From IMG/VR virus record IMGVR_UViG_3300021399_000100: DNA of 64,000 nt. The stretch is one strand, 5' to 3'. The position numbers and the translations under genes are program-made. Positions 30,101 through 39,783 of this stretch are shown here, piece after piece. Source of the DNA: a virus. Taxonomy: Duplodnaviria; Caudoviricetes. Positions within the stretch are counted from its first letter, which is position 1, and each line of letters begins with the position of its first letter. The notes beneath the pieces were generated by a model, which saw nothing but the letters and a program-made list of their open reading frames with translations, did not search any database and had not been told where the DNA came from.

Positions 30101-30276
30101 AACTCTTCAATTATTATTCTTTTTGTTTTGTTATAAACAACACGCAGTAATTCTCTTGCACCATCAAGGGTGTAGAATCTTGCGATATCGTGCCACCACA
30201 AAAAACCGAGCATCCTCTTTTGGACGATGAAGCTCTGATCACTAGCGTCTTCTTTTACTATTCTAAAACTTTTCAT
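30097..30276 (-). CDS. Small QKR..F.WW family protein (59 aa, not in ORF track)
   Basis: MKSFRIVKE...VQKRMLGFLWW; ATGA overlap with the next gene. Confidence 0.65.
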   Translation of the reverse strand: MKSFRIVKEDASDQSFIVQKRMLGFLWWHDIARFYTLDGARELLRVVYNKTKRIIIEEL

Positions 30277-30288
30277 TTTATCTCTTGT

Positions 30289-31137
30289 TTATTTTAGCCA
30301 TGTTACTGATTTGCAACCTTTGAAAGGATTAACCCCAAGTTCAACATTACTTTCCGAATTGTTAATCACAATATCCAGATTTATGCAACCTTTAAAAGCG
30401 TCATGTTCAATATAGGTAACACTCTCAGGAATAGTTATGTTTGTCAAACTACGGCAATTATGAAATGCTGATGACATGATGTTTGTAACACTTTCAGGGA
30501 TATTTATGTTCTTCAGAGAAGAACAGTTAACGAAGGAATAATCTTCAATGGTAGTCACTCCATCAGAAATCTTTACACTTTCAAGACGATTACATCCTCC
30601 AAAGATTCGCGTGCCTATGTATTGTACACCTTCAGGAATATTAATACTAGTAAGGTTAGTACATTCATAAAAGGCGCAATGACCAATTCTCGTTACACTA
30701 TCTGGAATAATTATGTTAGTAAGACTACTACATTCTGAAAATGCATCATTTCCGATAATTGTTACTCCTTCAGGAAGATTGATATCATTTAAATGATAAC
30801 ATCCGAAAAATGCAGAATCTCCAATTTGTGTTACACCTTCAGGAATGTTAATACTGGTTAAACTATGACATTCAGAAAATGCAGAATCTCCAATGCAAAC
30901 CACACCATTAGGAATGTCAATATTAGTTAAATTAAAACATTTATCAAATGCAGAATCTTCAATAAGAGTAGCACCCTTAGGAATTATTACATCTGTGAGT
31001 TCACCCCATGAATAGAAATCTTCTAAGTCCATACCACAGCATTCATAATCCTCAATTTTAGAAGGAATGATGAATTTTCCTTTTCGTGATGAGAATTTGA
31101 CGTGGAGAACTTCTCCGTTTTTGTTCTTGTATATCAT
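30289..31137 (-). CDS. BspA-type leucine-rich repeat protein
   Basis: About 9 repeats of IP.GVT.IG..AF..C..L; own early promoter at about 31169-31200. Confidence 0.9.
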   Translation of the reverse strand: MIYKNKNGEVLHVKFSSRKGKFIIPSKIEDYECCGMDLEDFYSWGELTDVIIPKGATLIEDSAFDKCFNLTNIDIPNGVVCIGDSAFSECHSLTSINIPEGVTQIGDSAFFGCYHLNDINLPEGVTIIGNDAFSECSSLTNIIIPDSVTRIGHCAFYECTNLTSINIPEGVQYIGTRIFGGCNRLESVKISDGVTTIEDYSFVNCSSLKNINIPESVTNIMSSAFHNCRSLTNITIPESVTYIEHDAFKGCINLDIVINNSESNVELGVNPFKGCKSVTWLK

Positions 31138-31242
31138 ATCTATCCTTATTTTTGTTTATTATTATGACATAAAAATACACTAATTTTTCCATATATCCAC
31201 ATATATGCAACGAATATTTTAATGTACATGCAGAAAATATAA

Positions 31243-31265
31243 AGGGGTATCAATTAGATACCCCT
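31243..31265 (-). terminator. Terminator
   Basis: aggggtatc / gatacccct. Confidence 0.65.
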
Positions 31266-31313
31266 AACAACTCGGGTAGAATCAGAGTCCATCGATGATT
31301 ATTTGGCAATTAG

Positions 31314-32066
31314 TTACTCCTCAATTACAGGCTCCATCCACTCGCCTCCATTTTTGCGGATTAGAATACCTTTTGCAACTTCTTCATTAGCTTCATCAAA
31401 TGAATAATAAAAGTCGAAATGCGCAGTAGTTCCTTCTTTATGGCAATACTCTCGATGTTCCTCTGGGCATTCTCTAAGCCACCAAGTAAACTCTTGGTAT
31501 GTCATCCTATGGCGTTTTGTTTCAACCTTGATAAAGAGGTCAAATGGACGTTCTTGGTAGTCGCCATTATATAATTTCCCACTTTCTGTAAAGGCCTGAG
31601 GAACTTCTTTGCCGTCCACTAGTTCTACAAGACCTAGAATTGGATAATCTTTATTTTTCACATCATAACGACATATCGTTACGGGACGACCATTTCGTGT
31701 GATTACTTGTGCACCAGCCTTTGCTTTCTCCGCGTCAAAGGGGATTAATTTCATTTCGTCCATATTTCCTTCCTGGATAGCGGCCTTCTTATTTTCGTCG
31801 TTGTCTTCAACTTCCACCCCGATAACAAGGTCGTTATTATTAAAGCCATCACTATTGAAACACCGTCCATTAATATCATAGTACACAGGTTTGTCAAAAC
31901 CAGAAGAATCTTCGCATCCTCTATTAAAGAGAATACCGAGGATAGGATACTTCTCTCGCTCCTTGTTATAGAATATCTTTACAGGTTGTCCTGCTTTAGT
32001 GAACACTTTAGCGCCATCCTGTGCGCTTTTAAGTTCGAAATTTACGTATAATATTTCCTTTGCCAT
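31314..32066 (-). CDS. Modular family protein (A-A-D)
   Basis: Two PF..E.A..GA.V.T..G.PV.I domains plus the WWLR..PEEHRE..NGGEW domain. Confidence 0.75.
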   Translation of the reverse strand: MAKEILYVNFELKSAQDGAKVFTKAGQPVKIFYNKEREKYPILGILFNRGCEDSSGFDKPVYYDINGRCFNSDGFNNNDLVIGVEVEDNDENKKAAIQEGNMDEMKLIPFDAEKAKAGAQVITRNGRPVTICRYDVKNKDYPILGLVELVDGKEVPQAFTESGKLYNGDYQERPFDLFIKVETKRHRMTYQEFTWWLRECPEEHREYCHKEGTTAHFDFYYSFDEANEEVAKGILIRKNGGEWMEPVIEE

Positions 32067-32072
32067 GTTTAA

Positions 32073-32330
32073 TTAGTTTTTAATGTTTGACATTTTAGAC
32101 TCTGTTAGCTTTTTGGAACAGAGATATTGCCGGTGTATGTATACAATCAATATTATACCCCACGAGGTTGCTGTAAGCATTATAAGAGCCTGTATTATAA
32201 AATACAAGTCTAATATTGAGGCTTTAATAGAGCATTCTTCTTTAATTCTTTGTCTCAAGAAGAAAATACCTCCTATGATACAAAGCACTAAAGAAAAAAT
32301 GCATCCTATAAAATAAATTTTCATTATCAT
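32073..32330 (-). CDS. 2-TM membrane protein, paralog of 33529..33783
   Basis: K.Y.IGC.FSL...SWG shared. Confidence 0.65.
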   Translation of the reverse strand: MIMKIYFIGCIFSLVLCIIGGIFFLRQRIKEECSIKASILDLYFIIQALIMLTATSWGIILIVYIHRQYLCSKKLTESKMSNIKN

Positions 32331-32361
32331 GTTGAATCGATTCTTTTAATTACCTGCATTT

Positions 32362-32952
32362 TTATTCTGTTATTCTTATGAAAGGCTCTTTGCCTAAATT
32401 CTGTAAATCAACAAATTCACCAAGAAATTCACGAGGAATCGATGATAACATGGACGTTGCTATGTTATTCAATTCAGCTAGTTTACCTAGAATAACGTCT
32501 AAGTTTTCAAGCATCGACGTATATTTGGAGTTTTCTTCCTCCAAATAGTTGATTTTCCAGGTCAACGCCTCTTTTAATTTGTCGTATTTAAGTCTGTTAT
32601 TTTCGACAATGTCGCGGGTTGGTATCATTGTGATATGATAGTCCGCATAAACCCATACGGGGTCGCATGTAATGATGCGCATTCTGGATGTGTTCTTGTT
32701 TGAGCGAAAATACCAATAATCAGAATCAGTAATTAGCCAATGCGTTGTTTTTTGCGTTGCTGGATCTTTTTTAGTTGTAGCGTTTATTATTTTTTTGCTT
32801 ACGGCCTTGTTATCGAACGGTTTTAACGCTTCTAATACATAATTCAAGTATTCAATTTTCTCGTCATTGAATCTAATCCTGAACTCGTATTTTTCAATGA
32901 ATTCTGCTTTATGCATCATATTTTTATTTATTGTTGAGTACGTTCGTTTCAA
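32362..32952 (-). CDS. Hypothetical protein
   Basis: Co-oriented ORF. Confidence 0.6.
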   Translation of the reverse strand: MKRTYSTINKNMMHKAEFIEKYEFRIRFNDEKIEYLNYVLEALKPFDNKAVSKKIINATTKKDPATQKTTHWLITDSDYWYFRSNKNTSRMRIITCDPVWVYADYHITMIPTRDIVENNRLKYDKLKEALTWKINYLEEENSKYTSMLENLDVILGKLAELNNIATSMLSSIPREFLGEFVDLQNLGKEPFIRITE

Positions 32953-33193
32953 AAGAAACCAATTCCTTTACCATTTCATGGTAAAGATTACCAGTTTCAA
33001 ATTGTAAAAGACAACTACGAACTATAAGTTCGGAGTCTCCCTTATCTTTTCCGATGTACTCATCTGCTGATATGATTTTATATCTACATTCATGTTCATC
33101 TAAATATCTGCGCATTCTCAGATAAACATAGTACGAAACATCAAGAGAAAAATCATCCGATGCTGCTTGTAATGTGTAAGTTGTTTCAGCCAT
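32924..33193 (-). CDS. Hypothetical protein
   Basis: Co-oriented ORF. Confidence 0.6.
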   Translation of the reverse strand: MAETTYTLQAASDDFSLDVSYYVYLRMRRYLDEHECRYKIISADEYIGKDKGDSELIVRSCLLQFETGNLYHEMVKELVSFETNVLNNK

Positions 33194-33350
33194 GTTATTA
33201 TTGTTTTATTTTATTATCGTTCGGTACCAACGGCGTGTCAATCAAGCCACCAGATAAAGTGCCTCCAGTTTGATGTAACATCGACAAGCAATACAGACAA
33301 AAGCCCAACAATCATTCCCAATGTGAAATATACAGGTCCGTTCATAATGC

Positions 33351-33536
33351 TCAATCTTTTAAATTATTACCCCAACTTTGTCCAAACATGAGGGCGAATT
33401 TTATCAAAGCACCTGCAATATTATTCTTCTCTTTTGCAGAGAGCTCTTCTTCTGGATTCTTGACTGGTTTTCCTGCTTTCTTAAAAGTACAGTCTGCAAG
33501 ATTCTCCTTACCCAAATTAATCTCAATTTTAATCAT
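33351..33536 (-). CDS. Small hypothetical protein
   Basis: Overlaps the upstream stop. Confidence 0.55.
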   Translation of the reverse strand: MIKIEINLGKENLADCTFKKAGKPVKNPEEELSAKEKNNIAGALIKFALMFGQSWGNNLKD

Positions 33537-33783
33537 AATTTTTATCTTTTAAAGTAAATAATGTTTCGTCTTTGATTAGATATAAGAACAGTATAATTAC
33601 ACCCCATGATATCGCTGTCGTACCCATCACTGCAAGTATCACGCGAATCATGTCTCTTACTGAGACTTTAACAGAGCCCTCTTCTCGGATTTTTAGTCTT
33701 AAACCCAAAATAAAGATTATAACACTAAATATTAAAGAAAAGGCACATCCAATAAGATAAACTTTAATTACTGTCATAATCAA
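33529..33783 (-). CDS. 2-TM membrane protein, paralog of 32073..32330
   Basis: Paralogy. Confidence 0.65.
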   Translation of the reverse strand: MIMTVIKVYLIGCAFSLIFSVIIFILGLRLKIREEGSVKVSVRDMIRVILAVMGTTAISWGVIILFLYLIKDETLFTLKDKNYD

Positions 33784-33809
33784 TTCTTTTAGTTTCTAAC
33801 GTTTTGCTT

Positions 33810-33950
33810 TCAATCAACCACATCGGGTTCATTATGAACTTTAATAAATACGCCTACTGATTCAGGAGCATATACCTTTTCAATTGTAGGATGTTTATCC
33901 GACCATGCAATTTTTATCACATCGCCGATATTTAAATCTCCAGCTTTCAT
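33810..33950 (-). CDS. Short early protein (possibly truncated)
   Basis: MKAGDLNIGDVI follows an early promoter at about 33986-34017. Confidence 0.45.
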   Translation of the reverse strand: MKAGDLNIGDVIKIAWSDKHPTIEKVYAPESVGVFIKVHNEPDVVD

Positions 33951-34075
33951 AACATTGATATTTTTATGTTCTTTTCTTTCATGACATAAAGATAATATAT
34001 TTTTACCAATATGCCACACATTTTCTGTAAAAAGTTTCAGTATAATGGATGTATGATTGTACAAATCTATATTTT

Positions 34076-34393
34076 TTATTTGAGTGCTTTTGCTTTTTCT
34101 AGCATCTTTTCAAAATACGCTTTGTTATCTTCATAATCAATTTGCAGATCCCTTAATGCGTCTGTACAATGTTTTATTGCAGCTTCTTTATCAACAGAGA
34201 CTAACAGATCTTCGCCACAATCATGAAGAGAAGATTCATCGCTCGGAACAACATATACTCCTCCATCGCTTGTATATATCTTGATATAATCATAATCTTC
34301 GAACAAAGGGTCTGGTTTAATATCAACGATACATTTCTTTTCTGCGTCGACATATATGGTATCGCCGGCGTTTAAGTCTTTAAATGTTTTCAT
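34076..34393 (-). CDS. Hypothetical protein, MK.F.DL..GD family
   Basis: Paralogy. Confidence 0.7.
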   Translation of the reverse strand: MKTFKDLNAGDTIYVDAEKKCIVDIKPDPLFEDYDYIKIYTSDGGVYVVPSDESSLHDCGEDLLVSVDKEAAIKHCTDALRDLQIDYEDNKAYFEKMLEKAKALK

Positions 34394-34596
34394 ACCTCTT
34401 CAATTATTGTTTTCTTTGGGTTAAATCTTCTAATTGCAGTCCTTGCTTCTTCAAGATTTGAATAAGTATACGGGAAATCATGAGCATATCCACCTGTGGA
34501 ATTGAGACTAATCCACCAAAAGAACAAAAACCTCTTCTGTATGTGATAAGTTGAGCACTCATCGTAATCAAATTTTATAATTCTGTACTTTTTCAT
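34390..34596 (-). CDS. Small QKRFLFFWW family protein
   Basis: Paralog of 11472..11711. Confidence 0.7.
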   Translation of the reverse strand: MKKYRIIKFDYDECSTYHIQKRFLFFWWISLNSTGGYAHDFPYTYSNLEEARTAIRRFNPKKTIIEEV

Positions 34597-34672
34597 TGTA
34601 TTTCAATTAGTTATTAAATACTTGCCAAATAAGCATGTTTTTTTTCGTCTTATTTGGTAAGCTTGATTAAAT
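34597..34672. repeat. Intergenic inverted-repeat element, copy 1
   Basis: cttgccaaataag..cttatttggtaag plus conserved flank; copy 2 at 37176-37246. Confidence 0.7.
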
Positions 34673-34710
34673 TCCAATATAGCACATACATATTATGATA
34701 AAGAAGACTA

Positions 34711-35016
34711 TTATGAGTGGCATTTCTTTGGTTTATAAGATATTACTTGTACTTCTTCATATTCAGAAGCTTCACAATTAACATCAAGGTCAGAAGGAAT
34801 TAAACACTCGTCTAATATTTCATGTAAACCTGACACTCCCACAAATCCATCTTCACACCGATAAATGTCAGTCGCATAAACAGCATCCTTATCTACCTCA
34901 ATGTCAATAGTCGCGACTTTCTTTGTCTTTTCGTCTACTGCATCTTCTACATCATATAATGCAATGAATGGGTTTTCGTAATTGTTTACAAGTTTAATGA
35001 ATTCTTGTGCTTTCAT
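34711..35016 (-). CDS. Hypothetical protein
   Basis: Start moved to MKAQEF. Confidence 0.65.
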   Translation of the reverse strand: MKAQEFIKLVNNYENPFIALYDVEDAVDEKTKKVATIDIEVDKDAVYATDIYRCEDGFVGVSGLHEILDECLIPSDLDVNCEASEYEEVQVISYKPKKCHS

Positions 35017-35029
35017 AAGTCTTTTGTTT

Positions 35030-35227
35030 TTAATTGTTTTTATTAAATAGTGATTTGACAGAATAAACGACAACGAGAATTGGCCAGAATACAATAAATT
35101 TCGGCAGCTTTCTTTTAAAACTTTCGTCCTCGTCATCTAGAAATAATAAGGCTAATATACAGCCTAACATCATATATACGGATGTCACAAGAAGTGCAAT
35201 TCCTATCAAAAATAATGCTTGTGCCAT
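35030..35227 (-). CDS. Small membrane protein
   Basis: Hydrophobic, FWP motif. Confidence 0.55.
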   Translation of the reverse strand: MAQALFLIGIALLVTSVYMMLGCILALLFLDDEDESFKRKLPKFIVFWPILVVVYSVKSLFNKNN

Positions 35228-35228
35228 A

Positions 35229-35894
35229 TTACTTTATATTAATTAAAGGCTCTTCCCACTCGCCTCCATTTCTGCGAATGTAAACCTCACCAATTTCTTC
35301 ATCAGCTTCATCAATTGGATAATTATAATCAGCAGTATAAGCTGTATGCCCACCTTTAACCATGTATTCCCTATGCTCTCCTGGGCAGTCTCTCAACCAC
35401 CAGGAAAACTCTTGCTGAGTCATTCTGCGAGTTTTGATCTCTTTTTCAACTTCATCAGCAGTATTCTTCTGACCTTGTTTTTGAAGCCAAGTAATCCAAG
35501 CATCTTTCCTTTTCAGAAAAAGTGGCATAGGGAGAGCATCATTATTCCATAGACCATTTATTGCATCTATGAGTTCTTCAATTATGCCTTTATCGTCTTT
35601 TGGCACAAAAATACTATCTGTTCCACTATATTCTCTTCTTGTTTTTTCTTGTTCTTCTTCTTCAATAAAGAGATCATAATCGCTGTCTACATCGAGTGCA
35701 TAATGTCTTCCTTCTTTTGTAAAAGAACGGATAACTTCTGTATTGTCTTCTTCTGTCACGGCACCTGCAATTGTAAATAATCTGCCTTTTATGTCATAAA
35801 AACCTATCCTTACAGGATAACCACATCGTGTTACAATTTTGGCTCCTTTCTTAGCTTTTTCAGCATCAAAAGGAATACGTTTTATTTTACTCAT
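35229..35894 (-). CDS. Modular family protein (A-B-D)
   Basis: Shared modules. Confidence 0.75.
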   Translation of the reverse strand: MSKIKRIPFDAEKAKKGAKIVTRCGYPVRIGFYDIKGRLFTIAGAVTEEDNTEVIRSFTKEGRHYALDVDSDYDLFIEEEEQEKTRREYSGTDSIFVPKDDKGIIEELIDAINGLWNNDALPMPLFLKRKDAWITWLQKQGQKNTADEVEKEIKTRRMTQQEFSWWLRDCPGEHREYMVKGGHTAYTADYNYPIDEADEEIGEVYIRRNGGEWEEPLINIK

Positions 35895-35911
35895 TTATTC
35901 TCCTTTCTTTA

Positions 35912-36343
35912 TTATTCTGTTATTGTTGGTCTATGCCATTCTCCTTTGTCTTCACGAATTAGAATGTCAGTAGCTTCCTCGTCTTTAGATTCCTCATTAT
36001 AACTAAAGTTTGTACTAATACATGAACCTCTAAACATCTTATATTGTCTATGAGGCATTTCAGTCAACCACAAAGCAACCTCTTCATAGGTCATCAATCT
36101 TTCTTTGACTTCCTCCTCAATGAAGAGGTCAAATCCATCCTCTTCTTTGTTAGGATAAAAGTTTCCCTCTATTGTAAATTGACCAGGAATTTCCTTTCCA
36201 TCTTTTTTTACAGCAGCAATGATAGGAAGCCTGCTATCCTCTAAATCATAACATAAAATTCTCACAGGATAGCCATATCTTGTGACTACCTTTGCTCCGT
36301 TCTTCGCCTTCTCTGCATCGAAAGGTATTAACTTTGTTTTCAT
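35912..36343 (-). CDS. Modular family protein (A-D)
   Basis: Shared modules. Confidence 0.75.
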   Translation of the reverse strand: MKTKLIPFDAEKAKNGAKVVTRYGYPVRILCYDLEDSRLPIIAAVKKDGKEIPGQFTIEGNFYPNKEEDGFDLFIEEEVKERLMTYEEVALWLTEMPHRQYKMFRGSCISTNFSYNEESKDEEATDILIREDKGEWHRPTITE

Positions 36344-36687
36344 ATCTCTTCCTCCTTTTTTGCTTTAAAATTTGAAAAGTTAATAAGTTTTCTCTTTGTA
36401 AGCTTTTCTTCTTTGAGATCTTGTAGAAACTTTTGAATATAATCCATAGCTTCTTCTTCACTCCAAAATCTTTTATAATCACCATAAGAATCTTGTATTC
36501 TTACAAAGAAGATCCAAAGAAATCTTTTTTCAGGATAATATTTCTTATCTTGTTTTACTATACGAAAAGTTTGACTTTTATTATTCCAAATAAGTTTTCT
36601 CCAACTTTGATCAACAAATAGTTGAAAGATTAGAAAAGCAAAAATAATACAGATTGAGAGCCAAGCTAACATGTGAATAATCATCAT
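36340..36687 (-). CDS. TM-anchored relative of the KRFL.F family
   Basis: N-terminal TM plus FRIVK...KRFLWIFF; AGGAGG upstream. Confidence 0.65.
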   Translation of the reverse strand: MMIIHMLAWLSICIIFAFLIFQLFVDQSWRKLIWNNKSQTFRIVKQDKKYYPEKRFLWIFFVRIQDSYGDYKRFWSEEEAMDYIQKFLQDLKEEKLTKRKLINFSNFKAKKEEEI

Positions 36688-36851
36688 TTACCTCCTTTTT
36701 ATTTAGTTATCAATATATTCATACTTGCCTACAAAAATGTAATGCCCATTGTCTTCTTTGTCAAATAAGTCATTTGCCTTTTCTGCTAATAGCTGTGCTT
36801 GACTATATAATTGTTTTTCAGAAGCTGTTATTTTGTTACATTGGGCTGTTT

Positions 36852-37175
36852 CTATAAATTCTTTACTGTTTTATATTTTTCTCTAATTTCTTGAATTAGT
36901 TTTATACGACATGAGTGTCTATAATCTTCTTCTATTAGTTTTTGTGATAACCATTTCTCTATGACTTCCTCACAGGAGAAATATGCACCATCAATCGCCG
37001 TAGATATAGACTCATTTTTATGACATGTAAACCCATATTCATAATCAACACTTATTAGAATGGTTCCTTGTTCTTGATTAGTTATACCTACAATCTTGTA
37101 CATGTCAAAATAATCAAGACTATTTTGCATAAAATAAACAAAGTCACCAACTTCAAGTTCTCCAAATGTTTTCAT
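36852..37175 (-). CDS. Hypothetical protein, MK.F.EL..GD family
   Basis: Paralogy. Confidence 0.7.
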   Translation of the reverse strand: MKTFGELEVGDFVYFMQNSLDYFDMYKIVGITNQEQGTILISVDYEYGFTCHKNESISTAIDGAYFSCEEVIEKWLSQKLIEEDYRHSCRIKLIQEIREKYKTVKNL

Positions 37176-37246
37176 CGTATTTCAATTAGTTATTAAACAC
37201 TTGCCAAATAAGACTTTTGACACTGCTTATTTGGCAAGATTAAATT
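37176..37246. repeat. Intergenic inverted-repeat element, copy 2
   Basis: Perfect 13-bp inverted repeat at 37200-37212 / 37226-37238. Confidence 0.7.
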
Positions 37247-38168
37247 AGATTTCTACAAGTGGTTTCTCCCACTCACCATGATTCCGACGAATGAATACTT
37301 TTCCTTCTGGAGTATCTGCCTCATCTTCTGGATAATCGTAATTGCTATAAACGCTTTCACTGCATACATATCTAAACTCCCGATGCTCTTCTGGAGCGTC
37401 ACGCAACCAATCGGCGAGTTCTTGGCGGGTCATAAGCCGAGTTTTGCCCTCTTCTTCAGCCTTATCAGTGGCAATCTCTTTTAACTCGTTTCTTTCAGAA
37501 TCCCACTCATAGCCTTCTTCTTTCATCTTTTTAAAGATTTGAGAACATTGTTCTTTTGTTGCAGGTATGAAATAGTTATTAGCCCAACAATCGTCTCTTC
37601 TATGCTGCATGTTATAATAGGACGAAAAACTTGTGGCTGTATCTATTTGCTTAAAAATAAGAATGGTTGTCCTATTCTTTGAAGCAAGAATATCACCAGG
37701 TTTCGCATAGCAAATATTCCAAGGTTTGAAATACTTTTGATAGTACTTCGGTTCAAAACTTAAATTACATTTAAGAATATCAGATCCTGAATAAGGAACG
37801 CCTTCCATAAACGAAGTATAATTTATCCCATCTTCTAACCACAAGCAAGCTTCTCTCGTACAGAGATACCATTCGTCTGGCATTATTTCAAAATTATTAG
37901 GTTCTTCATCAACCTCCTCTTCAATGAAAAGGTCAAAAACATTTTTGAACGCATCATTTCTGGACTCTTCGTCTTCTACTGCGCGTCTTCCATCTTTTGT
38001 AAAAGAACATACGACTTCGCCCCCATCAGTTTCCACCGCGCCCACAATAGGGTGTTCTTCGTCCTTTAAGTCAAAGAAGCCTATTCGAACACGACGGCCA
38101 CATCTGGTTACGATTTTGGCACCTGCCTGCGCCGCTTCTATGTTGAAAGGTATTAATTTTGTTTTCAT
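37245..38168 (-). CDS. Modular family protein (A-x-C-D)
   Basis: Shared modules; start moved to MKTKLIPF. Confidence 0.75.
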   Translation of the reverse strand: MKTKLIPFNIEAAQAGAKIVTRCGRRVRIGFFDLKDEEHPIVGAVETDGGEVVCSFTKDGRRAVEDEESRNDAFKNVFDLFIEEEVDEEPNNFEIMPDEWYLCTREACLWLEDGINYTSFMEGVPYSGSDILKCNLSFEPKYYQKYFKPWNICYAKPGDILASKNRTTILIFKQIDTATSFSSYYNMQHRRDDCWANNYFIPATKEQCSQIFKKMKEEGYEWDSERNELKEIATDKAEEEGKTRLMTRQELADWLRDAPEEHREFRYVCSESVYSNYDYPEDEADTPEGKVFIRRNHGEWEKPLVEI

Positions 38169-38194
38169 ATTATCATTCTTTTTATTAATGTTAA

Positions 38195-39307
38195 TCACTC
38201 TTCAATTAGAGGCTCCATCCAGTCGCCTCCATTCTTGCGAATTAATATGTCACCCGCAACTGGATTATGTTCTTTTTCTTCAGAATAACCTCTACTTGTA
38301 TAAACCTCGCTACGAGTCTTGAACTTCCATTCCCTGTGCTCTTCGGGATGTTCACGAAGCCACCAAGACAACTCTTTATAAGTCATTTTGCGAGTTTTAA
38401 TCTTCTTTTCAGCCGTATCAGCATCAATCTTCTTTAATTCTTTCGTATCAGGGTTCCATTCATACCCTGATTCTTTTATTTTCTGAAAGAGAGTATCACG
38501 CTGTTCTTTGGTAGCTGGAGTCACAGACATGAAGTCTTCTTTCCTTCCAAGTCTTGTTATCATTTTATAAAAACATCCATGAGAGACATAGCAAAAATGC
38601 GTAATTATAACATTTTCTTCATTTACAGAAGAAAACATAAATAAATACTCTTTGAAATCACGGCCTTTTGCACAAAGTACATCACCATCCTTTGCATCAG
38701 TGATGTTCCAAAGTCTTATATTTTTTACATTCTCACTAAAATAGCCGTAACTAAGAATGCCAAAACTATAAGAAATAGTATGATAGCCACAAGTGTGATT
38801 GGTGACATTTTCAGTAACATCGGTAATTCGCTGTACCCTGCCTTGTTCGCTTATCACCCAATCGCCTTCCTGGAACTTGGGCTTATTATCAGCAGGCTTC
38901 TCCTCACATTGTTTTTTAAGCCAAGCAAGCCAAGCATCTTTTCTTTTTATAGAAAGTGGCATAGGTAGAGCATCATTATCCCATAGGCCATTTATTGCAT
39001 CTATGAGTTCTTCCCGGATACCTTCGTCGTCTTTGGGAACATAAATGCTATCTGTGCCGCTGTATTCTCTCCGTGGTTTTTCTTTCTCTTCTTCTTCTAT
39101 GAAGAGGTCATATTCTGATTCATCTTCGTTAGAGATAAATTTTCCTTCTGCTGTAAAACTATATGTAAAAATACCATCCTCTGTTTTTACCCTAGCACGT
39201 ATAGGATATTTTTTATTTAAAATACATTCTTCTATTGTTACAGGATAACCACACCTTGTGACTATCCTTGCGCCAGCTTCGGCTTGCTCAATACTAAAAG
39301 GTATCAT
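38195..39307 (-). CDS. Modular family protein (A-B-y-C-D)
   Basis: Shared modules. Confidence 0.75.
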   Translation of the reverse strand: MIPFSIEQAEAGARIVTRCGYPVTIEECILNKKYPIRARVKTEDGIFTYSFTAEGKFISNEDESEYDLFIEEEEKEKPRREYSGTDSIYVPKDDEGIREELIDAINGLWDNDALPMPLSIKRKDAWLAWLKKQCEEKPADNKPKFQEGDWVISEQGRVQRITDVTENVTNHTCGYHTISYSFGILSYGYFSENVKNIRLWNITDAKDGDVLCAKGRDFKEYLFMFSSVNEENVIITHFCYVSHGCFYKMITRLGRKEDFMSVTPATKEQRDTLFQKIKESGYEWNPDTKELKKIDADTAEKKIKTRKMTYKELSWWLREHPEEHREWKFKTRSEVYTSRGYSEEKEHNPVAGDILIRKNGGDWMEPLIEE

Positions 39308-39326
39308 TTTCTTTTTTCATATTTTA

Positions 39327-39770
39327 TTATACTATAATCTCTTTTTCTATTCTTGCTGATCTTAAAATATTTTGTAGCTCATGAACATACAAGATATATC
39401 CTATGAATCCTCTTTGATTGCTTCTTTTTATATTACTTTCATCCATTTGCTCTACCCTAATAAAAAATTCGCCTTTCATTCGATGTCGATATCTTATTGA
39501 TATAGAGTAGCTAAAGTCTTTAGTTGCTTTTCTGTCAAAATATTCATTTTCGCCAATTAATTGATTCTTTACGAACCCGGACTTTATCAGAATTTCATCA
39601 GACAATGGAATAGGATAAGCCTCATCAGCGCATATATACGAGCAACCTCCATAACCATCATCCTCATAATTAATACGATCATCATCATTCGAGTCGTTAA
39701 TCCCGTAGACCATAATGGGCTCGTTTTTGTAAAAGACCCAATCACCAATCATTAATTCGCGTATGTCCAT
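39327..39770 (-). CDS. Hypothetical phage protein (ELMIGDWV...YVHELQN family)
   Basis: Recognisable motif pattern of a common Bacteroidota phage family. Confidence 0.6.
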   Translation of the reverse strand: MDIRELMIGDWVFYKNEPIMVYGINDSNDDDRINYEDDGYGGCSYICADEAYPIPLSDEILIKSGFVKNQLIGENEYFDRKATKDFSYSISIRYRHRMKGEFFIRVEQMDESNIKRSNQRGFIGYILYVHELQNILRSARIEKEIIV

Positions 39771-39783
39771 AGAATGTATTTAA

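Noticed and set aside
31314-39307. Diversity-generating retroelement behind the paralog repeats
   Set aside because: No reverse transcriptase in the window, and differences between copies are not adenine-specific.
39300-39320. Phase-variable or programmed frameshift at an A6 run (upstream ATG 39320 is out of frame)
   Set aside because: An in-frame ATG at 39307 gives an essentially complete protein; a single-base indel or sequencing error is equally likely.
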